57,424 bases of DNA, taken from the NCBI GenBank assembly GCA_018698915.1, contig JABIPN010000006.1, positions 1 through 57,424 on the forward strand. Reading direction: 5' to 3'. Shown piece after piece: positions 18,799-25,837 of the stretch. A model generated the notes under the pieces. That model saw nothing but the letters and a program-made list of their open reading frames with translations. It was not told the DNA's origin and did no database searches. Numbering within the stretch: the first letter of the stretch is position 1; the number at the start of each line of letters is the position of its first letter. Made by a program: the position numbers and the translations under genes. Origin of the DNA: Candidatus Woesearchaeota archaeon. GTDB taxonomy: Archaea > Nanobdellota > Nanobdellia > UBA10117 > ARS21.

Positions 18799-19059
18799 AT
18801 GGTTGCACAGAAATCTAGATCAAATGAGTTGATGGGTAAGACTGTTGTTTCAAAATCTGGAAGGAAATTTGGTGTTTTAGGTGATTTAATATTTGAATCT
18901 CGGACAGGTGAACTTATTTATTTGAGTGTTAAAGGTCCTACTGCCTATTGTTTAAGTTTGGACTTAGAAAAGTCTAAAGAGGGCGCTCATTTAATCCCGT
19001 ATAGTGCTGTTATCTCTTCTGGGGATTTTGTTATTGTTGCTGAAGACGATATAATGTAA
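18799..19059 (+). CDS. PRC-barrel domain protein
   Basis: LMGKTVVSKSGRKFGVLGDLIFESRTGELIYLSV fits the PRC-barrel pattern. 86 aa. Confidence 0.6.
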   Translation: MVAQKSRSNELMGKTVVSKSGRKFGVLGDLIFESRTGELIYLSVKGPTAYCLSLDLEKSKEGAHLIPYSAVISSGDFVIVAEDDIM

Positions 19060-19119
19060 AAGTAAAGGCCTATATTTTTGACCTGTGTTTAATTAATATG
19101 TTTGAGTTCTGATTTAATT

Positions 19120-20322
19120 ATGTTTGAAGTTATCCTTAGTGTTGTTATTGGTTGTTTGTTAGGTGTTGTGACTGGATTAATCCCTGGGCTACATACTAAT
19201 ACTATTGCTTTAATGTTGATGAGTGTTTTATTGAGTGGTTGGTTTAGCTTAAGTGAGACTTTGTTTGTGTCGGGTGCCGTATGTATGTTAGTTGTTCATT
19301 CATTTGTTGATTATATTCCAAGTATATTTTTGGGTGCACCAAATTCAGATACTGCGCTTAGTGTATTGCCCGGACATCGGTTGTTATTGAAAGGTGAGGG
19401 ATATATCGCGCTTCGTGAAACTGTTGTTGGTGGTATAAATTCATTTTTGATTGGAATTCCGTTCTTAATTCTTTTTGGGTGGTTTATACAAAATTGGTTA
19501 GATTTTATTAAATTGTTTGTTGCGCCCGTTTTGTTAATCCTTACTACTTGGTTAATTTTAAGTGAGTCTTCATTAAAGAAAATATATTGGGCAATGCTAA
19601 TTTTTATTTTTGCAGGTGTATTGGGTTTGCTTACTTTGAATACTAGTATTGTAAAAGATCCATTATTTCCTTTATTGAGTGGATTCTTTGGAATTAGTAT
19701 ACTTTTGTTTAGTATGGGTGAAAAAAGTCATGTTCCAGATCAGAAAATTAGTGAAAGCTTTAAATTATTTAGTAGAGAAAACACATTCTTAGGATTTATT
19801 AGTTTGTTTGCAAGTAGTTTGATGGTTTTGTTTCCTAGTTTGGGTCCGACACAGAGTGCTACAGTTGCTCAAGCAGTCATGAAAAATAGTTCACAGAAAA
19901 AATTTCTTAATGTTATGGGTGGAATTAATACTTTAGACGTACTTTTCACACTTGTTATGTTGTATTTGGTTGGCTCAGCACGAAGTGGAGTTCTTGTTGC
20001 AGTTCAACAATTATTTGAAGTTACTTTTGATATATTTTTGGTTATGTTAATCTCTTTAGTTATTGGGTTGGGTTTCGGAACAATGGCTTGTTTGTATATT
20101 GGAAAACGAGTTGGAAAAATGGTTTCAAAAATTAATTACAAATTAGTTTCAATTAGTGTTATAATATTTTTGTGTTGTATGGTATTTATTATCTCGGGAA
20201 GTTGGGGGTTATTTCTTATGAGTGTTTCTACATCAATTGGATTGGTTTCACAAATTATGGGTGTTAAAAAAGTTCATGCTATGGGTGTTTTAACTATACC
20301 TACAATTCTTAATTTTAGTTAG
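19120..20322 (+). CDS. Polytopic membrane protein, TctA/DUF112-like
   Basis: About 10 TM segments. GLIPGLHTNTIALML resembles the TctA-family N-terminal motif. The ORF opens at TTG 19102; ATG 19120 is preceded by TATA-like TTTAATTA at 19088-19095. Confidence 0.5.
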   Translation: MFEVILSVVIGCLLGVVTGLIPGLHTNTIALMLMSVLLSGWFSLSETLFVSGAVCMLVVHSFVDYIPSIFLGAPNSDTALSVLPGHRLLLKGEGYIALRETVVGGINSFLIGIPFLILFGWFIQNWLDFIKLFVAPVLLILTTWLILSESSLKKIYWAMLIFIFAGVLGLLTLNTSIVKDPLFPLLSGFFGISILLFSMGEKSHVPDQKISESFKLFSRENTFLGFISLFASSLMVLFPSLGPTQSATVAQAVMKNSSQKKFLNVMGGINTLDVLFTLVMLYLVGSARSGVLVAVQQLFEVTFDIFLVMLISLVIGLGFGTMACLYIGKRVGKMVSKINYKLVSISVIIFLCCMVFIISGSWGLFLMSVSTSIGLVSQIMGVKKVHAMGVLTIPTILNFS

Positions 20323-20846
20323 ATATCAAAACTTATTGAATTTCTTCTCTGTTTATCAATTAGTTCAGTTCCTTCTTTTGTTAAATAATATTTCTTTGGT
20401 CTTGCACCAGTCCCATTAATAAATCCTCGATATTCTAGTTCAAGTAATTTATTTCTTATTGTTCGTTCTGATTTCTCCAATCCGTATGCTAGCTTTAGTT
20501 GCGTTGGCGATACTGCAAAGAATGTTGAATCTGCCTTTCCTTGTTGTAATAGGATCAAATATTGTAAATCAGACAAATTGAATAATGTTGGTTTAATTGT
20601 AGCAATTGGTTGCCGATGATTTTGTGTTGGTGCGTGTTGTTTTGGAAATTCGTTTGGAAATTCGTTTTTCCAATTACCTCTACTTTCCATTATTTTTTCC
20701 AATAGTTTTTCGTTGTTTTCTTGTAGTTTTTGCACTTTTTGTTCTAGTTTTTTTATAATTGAGTCTCGGTCGTAAATCCTTGATTTAAGTTGTTCTAGGT
20801 CACTTTTGTGATCATTTAGAATATTTCGAACAGACTTCGGAATCAT
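20319..20846 (-). CDS. Coiled-coil plus C-terminal winged-helix DNA-binding protein (unknown family)
   Basis: Heptad-rich N-terminus (LEQLKSRIYDRDSIIKKLEQKVQKLQENNEKLLEKI), Q/P-rich linker, C-terminal wH-like SERTIRNKLLELEYRGFINGTGARPKKYYLTKEG. Confidence 0.5.
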   Translation of the reverse strand: MIPKSVRNILNDHKSDLEQLKSRIYDRDSIIKKLEQKVQKLQENNEKLLEKIMESRGNWKNEFPNEFPKQHAPTQNHRQPIATIKPTLFNLSDLQYLILLQQGKADSTFFAVSPTQLKLAYGLEKSERTIRNKLLELEYRGFINGTGARPKKYYLTKEGTELIDKQRRNSISFDI

Positions 20847-20867
20847 TATTCTATTAACTCATTATTG

Positions 20868-20875
20868 TATAAAAA
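20868..20875 (-). promoter_or_regulatory. TATA-like box of the coiled-coil/wH gene
   Basis: TTTTTATA on the minus strand, 22-29 nt upstream of the ATG at 20846. Confidence 0.4.
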
Positions 20876-20884
20876 GATTTATTG

Positions 20885-20927
20885 TTTGAAAAATCTTTCC
20901 AGTGTTTTTTCCACAATTTTCCAATTG
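20885..20927. repeat. Copy 1 of a ~40-bp direct repeat made of TTTCCA half-sites
   Basis: tttgaaaaatctttccagtgttttttccacaattttccaattg aligns with 21027-21066 at roughly 85% identity with two small gaps. Confidence 0.8.
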
Positions 20928-20941
20928 ATTACCCTAAAGAT

Positions 20942-20963
20942 ACCCCTTCATTTCCAATGGAAC
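20942..20963 (-). other. Origin-recognition-box (ORB)-like element, full dyad plus G-string
   Basis: The minus strand reads GTTCCATTGGAAATGAAGGGGT. This is the TTCCA-n-TGGAA dyad followed by GAAAT..GGGGT, the pattern reported for Orc1/Cdc6 binding sites in archaeal origins. Confidence 0.55.
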
Positions 20964-21026
20964 TTATTTTAAATATGTATACATTGAGCCTATCAGTTTA
21001 ATTTTGTCCAGTTTGTTTGGAAAAGT

Positions 21027-21066
21027 TTTGGAAAAATCTTTCCAATGTTTTCCACTAATTTCCAAT
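21027..21066. repeat. Copy 2 of the ~40-bp TTTCCA direct repeat
   Basis: tttggaaaaatctttccaatgttttccactaatttccaatg. It overlaps the last codons of the Cas4-like ORF. A further TTTCCA follows at 21068-21073. Confidence 0.8.
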
Positions 21067-21795
21067 GTTTTCCAGAGAAGTTTGGACCTTTATTTGATTG
21101 TTTTTGTCCGTATCTTTCTTATTAAAACAAATATCATAGAATTCGCAATAATTGCATAAGTAAGACTCCTCTCTAGTAGGAGGTGTTTTTGTTTTTAGTG
21201 CATTTGAAAGAACGGTGCCTCTTGCTTCCAAATAACCACTCATATTTCTTTTTTCTACTTCAAATACTTTTATTTTACTTAGTGAGAAATAAACAATAAC
21301 TAATTTCTTTACTTCTTTTTGTTTTGATTCAGAAAGCATTGAGAAGTAAGATTGTACTTGCATAGTATGGGCAAGTTTTGGTGATTTAGGAATGCGCTCA
21401 ATTGTTTTGAACTCATACATTACATTATCTGAAAATACATCAATGAATCCTATTGCTGAAAAATTTACAAAGGGGAGTTCCAAGAATACTTCCTGTTCAT
21501 CTTCAGGAATATGATCTTGAAAGAAATTATGAATTGCGTGTCCTCTTGAAAAAATCCACAGCTTTTCTAACGAAATTGGCACTTCCTCCACCAACCCATA
21601 ATAGGAATTTCTTAAACAATGTGAAGTTAATCGCGTTACACCAAATCTTGGTTTTTTGTTTGGATCTTTCTTTTTTCTTGGTTTTTGTCCCGCAAGTAAT
21701 GCTGCAAGAACTACTCTTGGGTAGTTTTCGAACTCAGAGTTTTTTACTTCAGCGATATCTCTTACTACACCATCAGGACATAATATTTTAGTCAT
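21055..21795 (-). CDS. Cas4/Dna2-type PD-(D/E)XK nuclease with a 4-Cys Fe-S cluster (no CRISPR context)
   Basis: N-terminal Cys (TSHCLRNSYY), GHAIHNF, IGFIDVF (Asp), YEFKT (E-x-K), QVQSYF (QxxxY), C-terminal CNYCEFYDIC (C-x2-C-x5-C). 8-nt overlap with the PolD large-subunit gene. Confidence 0.7.
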   Translation of the reverse strand: MTKILCPDGVVRDIAEVKNSEFENYPRVVLAALLAGQKPRKKKDPNKKPRFGVTRLTSHCLRNSYYGLVEEVPISLEKLWIFSRGHAIHNFFQDHIPEDEQEVFLELPFVNFSAIGFIDVFSDNVMYEFKTIERIPKSPKLAHTMQVQSYFSMLSESKQKEVKKLVIVYFSLSKIKVFEVEKRNMSGYLEARGTVLSNALKTKTPPTREESYLCNYCEFYDICFNKKDTDKNNQIKVQTSLENIGN

Positions 21796-24700
21796 TGATA
21801 AAATCTCCCAGTCCTATTTGTTTTGTTGCATCTCGTCCAAAAACAGATTCTATTCGGCTATTGAATAAATTTATGGATTCTCTTAAGTATTCACTTGTTC
21901 CTTCAATTTTAATTAGTTGTAGGGTTGGTTCAAGATATTTCTTAACTGAACCTTCACTTATTGTGTAAATTACTTTTTGTTTTCCACAATTTAAACATTT
22001 TCCTGCTAGAGGTATTCTTCGATATTTTTCATTACAAGCAACGCATCTAAATCGTTGCATTGTAAATTTACGCATGTTTCCTTTAAGATCTCGAATAAAA
22101 TGTCCAGTTATTATTAATTCTCCAACTTTGTTGAGATCTACCGCCCTTATTTTTCTTGCGAGTTCTATTTGTCCTTCCATCTTCTCAACCATCGTAGGTA
22201 AATATTTGTAAGCTGATACATTTACTCCCTTATTCATATTTGATACTGAGTGTGTGAATCCATGATTTTGATATTGTTCTTCCTTATCGACTACGTCTCC
22301 AATTGATTTTACTTTTGAATCCCACGGATATTTCATTTCTAATGCTGCATTATAGAAATCTAACGAGTATTCCCAGGCTATGTTTAAATCATAAACTTCA
22401 TCATCAACTTCTTTTGAATTTAGTATTGTTGAAATAACTAATGGTGCATCCATACTTCTTGCGCCTCTTCGATCTGGAAGAAAGTCTCGTGAAAAATTAA
22501 GAAATGCGTCTAATACTAACATTATTGCAGTTTCTTCACCATCTAAATCTCTTCGCTGTGCAGCATGCCACATTGGATGTGCTAAAATTGCAGCTATATT
22601 TGAAAATCCGATAATTCTTCCTACAATTCCCGCAGAAGTATGTGGTGCTAGACCTATAACTAGTTGTCCTATTAGATCTGATTCAATAGCGATATTGTAG
22701 TGTGCAGAGATATTGTAGAGATTTACTAATGACTCATCAACAAAATCTGCAACGCGTTTTAAAACTGCTCCTGCAGATTCAATACCTAATGAGCTTTCGC
22801 TCGGTAATATTATATCTTGAGGAAATATTTCTACAAGTTGAGTTTTTTCAGTTAGTTGTTGTCCTTTGAAATCGTGCGTATATCCTAATTTATGTGCTTT
22901 TTTTATCGATAGACCAATTTCCTCAGGTGTGAAGTGTGTTGTTCCTAGTTCTGTTGCATCATACCTGACAGTTCCATCCTTATTAACCCTCAAAGAATGT
23001 TTTGCTCGGAGTACTCCTTTGACTGGATGTTCAACATAACGAAACTTGTTCATTGTTTCTCTTACACCTTTTATTAATTTTGGAAATTCACCTTCCCAAT
23101 TAGATCTTATGTTTTTTGATAATTTGGGTAATTCATACTTTCTTCTTTCATATGCAACACACTTTGGAGTTTCAGGTGAAGTGTATTTTTTCTTCGTAAA
23201 ATAATCAATATATTGTTGTTGCGTGTTTAGAGAATTACAGTGTTCACATTTTGTGAATATTGTTCTTTTTTCACAGTCAAGACATTTTATTATTGGAAAC
23301 TCTGCGGTAATGTGTCCTTTCTTTATTGATTCATTGAAAGATCTTAATCTTCCTCCTTCTGCTCCGACAGGGAATAAAAAATTTGGTGAACCTTTCATAT
23401 CTCTCATTTTTGCCTTCTCAGGTCTACCCATTCGTGCACCAATTCCAGTACCGAATTTTGGTCTGATTTGTATATCTTTGTTGAAAAACAATTTCAAAAT
23501 TGTTTTATTTAATTCTGTTAATATTATTTTGTTTTCTTTTATTTGGTGTGGGCATCCAATTAACTCCAATAATCTTTTTTCTGGTTGGTTTGCATTCATA
23601 TCTGTTGAGATATAATTTTTTAGTAGAATTATTTGTTTATTATCTAATGCATCAAAATAGAATGTGAAATTTGGGTGTATTGGTATTTTGAACTCTTGAG
23701 ATAATCTTAGCGCTGTTTCAAAATTAATAGTTGGAGGAATAAATTTATTGATAAAATCTTCAGTTAGATTGTGTTTTTTGTTTGGGTTGTTTTTTATTGC
23801 CTCTTTCAGTTCCAACAGCCACCATTCAGGACAATATCCTGGAGGTACTAGAAAATGCCCGTTTTCTGTGAATTCGCCTGGTGAGATTAACAAATCTCCT
23901 AAGTATAGGATCTCATCAACGTCTTTTGATATTTCTTTTGCTTCTTCTTCCGTTTCAAGTTTTACAACGGATCCGTCTTTTAGTTTAACAATTGGACCTT
24001 CTATTGAATCACAAGAAGTTAATGATGTTGATTTTCCTGGGCGTTCGACTCTTAGTTGTGTTCCAACTGCTAGAAAATTATCTAGTACTTGCATGGTGAT
24101 TGGAGATATTGCCCAAGATCCGTGACCTGTTAATCTTGATCTCCCATATCTCAATCTAAATCCTCCTTGTCGAAGTGGATGTGTGAATACGGGACGTCCT
24201 GCTACAATTTCAGCAATATATGCATAATTCGGTTTTAGTTTTGATTCTGATCCATCCTCGATTTCTTCTTTTGATGTTTTGGCGTGAATTCGCTTCTTTA
24301 TATCTTGATAATCATTTAACCATTGCCAATCCAATCCGAAATCTTTTCCCCATTCATTTAATTTCTTCATTACTTTGGCACCTTTGAGCGGTAGACCATC
24401 AGTGAGCATTAGTGCCATGCCCCCTCTAATTCTGTCGGTTGTTATTCGTTCCAGTCCTTTGTAATTTGATACTTGTAGTTGTGAGGTTGGATCTCCATCA
24501 ATTTCTACAGGTAAATTAGAAACAATAAATTCTATTTCTTCAATGGTTGGTTTGTATTGTTTTCTTTCTACGCGTTCATAATAATCTGTTACTTCTGTAT
24601 ACATTCGTTTTAATTCTTTATCAGTAGGATCGTATTTTTCAATTCCCTGTTGTATTCTAACATAATCTGCAATCACTGTTGTGACTGCCATTGCTGTTGC

Positions 24701-25183
24701 ACCGCCACCCCTGATTGGTCCAGCATAACATAGAGCCAAATATTTTTTTCCGTCTTTTCTGTCTTTTATTTTTACATCAATTAATCCTTCAAGTGGTGCA
24801 GATACTACTCCTTGTGTTATGTATGCGAATCCTGTTCTTACACCAATGCTTATTGCGGTTTGTTTATCTTCAAATTTGCATATTTTTTCTGAAGCAATTT
24901 CGTTCGCCAATACCAGTGCAACTCTCCAATCTCCAAAACCATATTCTTTTTCTAATTCGCTAATTCTTTGTACAACGCCGCTTCCAATTAAATTTGGCGA
25001 AATTGAACCCATAATTGCTTCAACTCTTTCTGCTACAGATGCAGCTATGGGAATGTCACAATTTAGTTGTGGGTCGATTCCGGTTTTTCTGGCAGTGTTT
25101 GCAATATCATGCAATTCTAAAGTTTCGGATTTTAATTCTGAGAAATACTTCTTAATTTGTGTTGAAGCAATAATGTCTGACAT
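21788..25183 (-). CDS. DNA polymerase II (PolD) large catalytic subunit DP2
   Basis: 1131 aa, colinear with archaeal DP2. Cys-rich Zn modules CLDCEKRTIFTKCEHC and CVACNEKYRRIPLAGKCLNC. Length shows no intein. Confidence 0.93.
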   Translation of the reverse strand: MSDIIASTQIKKYFSELKSETLELHDIANTARKTGIDPQLNCDIPIAASVAERVEAIMGSISPNLIGSGVVQRISELEKEYGFGDWRVALVLANEIASEKICKFEDKQTAISIGVRTGFAYITQGVVSAPLEGLIDVKIKDRKDGKKYLALCYAGPIRGGGATAMAVTTVIADYVRIQQGIEKYDPTDKELKRMYTEVTDYYERVERKQYKPTIEEIEFIVSNLPVEIDGDPTSQLQVSNYKGLERITTDRIRGGMALMLTDGLPLKGAKVMKKLNEWGKDFGLDWQWLNDYQDIKKRIHAKTSKEEIEDGSESKLKPNYAYIAEIVAGRPVFTHPLRQGGFRLRYGRSRLTGHGSWAISPITMQVLDNFLAVGTQLRVERPGKSTSLTSCDSIEGPIVKLKDGSVVKLETEEEAKEISKDVDEILYLGDLLISPGEFTENGHFLVPPGYCPEWWLLELKEAIKNNPNKKHNLTEDFINKFIPPTINFETALRLSQEFKIPIHPNFTFYFDALDNKQIILLKNYISTDMNANQPEKRLLELIGCPHQIKENKIILTELNKTILKLFFNKDIQIRPKFGTGIGARMGRPEKAKMRDMKGSPNFLFPVGAEGGRLRSFNESIKKGHITAEFPIIKCLDCEKRTIFTKCEHCNSLNTQQQYIDYFTKKKYTSPETPKCVAYERRKYELPKLSKNIRSNWEGEFPKLIKGVRETMNKFRYVEHPVKGVLRAKHSLRVNKDGTVRYDATELGTTHFTPEEIGLSIKKAHKLGYTHDFKGQQLTEKTQLVEIFPQDIILPSESSLGIESAGAVLKRVADFVDESLVNLYNISAHYNIAIESDLIGQLVIGLAPHTSAGIVGRIIGFSNIAAILAHPMWHAAQRRDLDGEETAIMLVLDAFLNFSRDFLPDRRGARSMDAPLVISTILNSKEVDDEVYDLNIAWEYSLDFYNAALEMKYPWDSKVKSIGDVVDKEEQYQNHGFTHSVSNMNKGVNVSAYKYLPTMVEKMEGQIELARKIRAVDLNKVGELIITGHFIRDLKGNMRKFTMQRFRCVACNEKYRRIPLAGKCLNCGKQKVIYTISEGSVKKYLEPTLQLIKIEGTSEYLRESINLFNSRIESVFGRDATKQIGLGDFIND

Positions 25184-25204
25184 ACTAAATTCATTATGAT
25201 GATG

Positions 25205-25212
25205 TTTAAATA
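25205..25212. promoter_or_regulatory. Single quasi-symmetric TATA element shared by two divergent genes
   Basis: TTTAAATA lies 22-29 nt from the DP2 ATG (25183, minus) and 20-27 nt from the ATG at 25232 (plus). Confidence 0.45.
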
Positions 25213-25231
25213 TGATTGTGTGAAAAAGTAT

Positions 25232-25570
25232 ATGATGAAAACGCGTGGAAGAGGTCGTCCTGCATTTAGTCCAATACGGAATAATTTAGTTGAATTGTTG
25301 TTTTTTGTTGGTGAAGGTTATGGTTATGAATTATATAAAAAATATATACAGGTTTTTCATAAAACAACTATGCGATCGGTTTATTATCACTTGAATAAGG
25401 GTGTTGAATTGGGTGTTTTTAAAATTGAAAAAATTGAAAATATTCCAGGATCTTATTCCTGGGGTGAAGGTGTTCGGAGAGTTGTATTTACTCTCGGAGA
25501 AAATGCTGAACCTAAAAAAGATACTCGAGTTTTAAAACGATTGAAGATTGTTGAAAAAAATAACCCCTGA
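25232..25570 (+). CDS. Small winged-helix (PadR/ArsR-like) DNA-binding protein
   Basis: YGYELYKKYIQVFHKTTMRSVYYHLNKGVELGVFK. The ORF opens at 25196, but Met13 (25232) gives canonical TATA spacing and a 48-bp divergent intergenic region. Confidence 0.5.
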   Translation: MMKTRGRGRPAFSPIRNNLVELLFFVGEGYGYELYKKYIQVFHKTTMRSVYYHLNKGVELGVFKIEKIENIPGSYSWGEGVRRVVFTLGENAEPKKDTRVLKRLKIVEKNNP

Positions 25571-25718
25571 GCCCTTGATTTCTACTGGAGATTTCATTTT
25601 TATATTAAATTTCATTTTTTCTCTTCTTTCTTTTCTATATTGAAAATAATAATATAATAATAAACAAATTTGATAAAAATATAAACAATAAAATAAGTTC
25701 TATAAGAAATAAAGGGGT
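25570..25718. other. Predicted chromosomal replication origin (two inverted ORB-like boxes flanking an AT-rich unwinding element)
   Basis: 25570-25591 reads TCTCCAGTAGAAATCAAGGGCT on the minus strand. 25697-25718 reads GTTCTATAAGAAATAAAGGGGT on the plus strand. Between them is ~105 bp at about 10% G+C by hand count. The orc1/cdc6 ATG lies 120 bp downstream. Confidence 0.6.
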
Positions 25719-25837
25719 AGGAGGTATTCAAAACAATCATACGTCAAAAGTACAAGCCTTAAGTATAGTGCTTTTATAAAAATATTAGCGTGTCAAGAGG
25801 ATAAATTATTTTAAGGTACATTTCTTATGGAAAGTTT

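Noticed and set aside
20975-20984. 10-bp perfect palindrome ATGTATACAT
   Set aside because: It is too short and AT-rich to be significant alone. It is mentioned only as part of the origin-like region.
20885-21080. Possibility that the TTTCCA repeat cluster is a degenerate CRISPR array
   Set aside because: The repeat units are short (6-12 nt cores), irregularly spaced and partly inverted. There is no repeat-spacer periodicity and there are no cas genes other than a solo Cas4-like nuclease.
23223-25199. Three long plus-strand ORFs (23223-23615, 23748-24125, 24819-25199; 125-130 aa) inside the PolD large-subunit gene
   Set aside because: They lie entirely antisense to a confidently identified 1131-aa gene. 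Their translations are low-complexity (S/F/L/I-rich) with no motifs. They are shadow ORFs of the real frame.
25196-25231. Using the first ATG (25196) as the start of the small wH gene
   Set aside because: That would leave only 12 bp between two divergent genes and place the only TATA-like element inside the coding sequence. Met13 at 25232 fits the spacing rule seen elsewhere.
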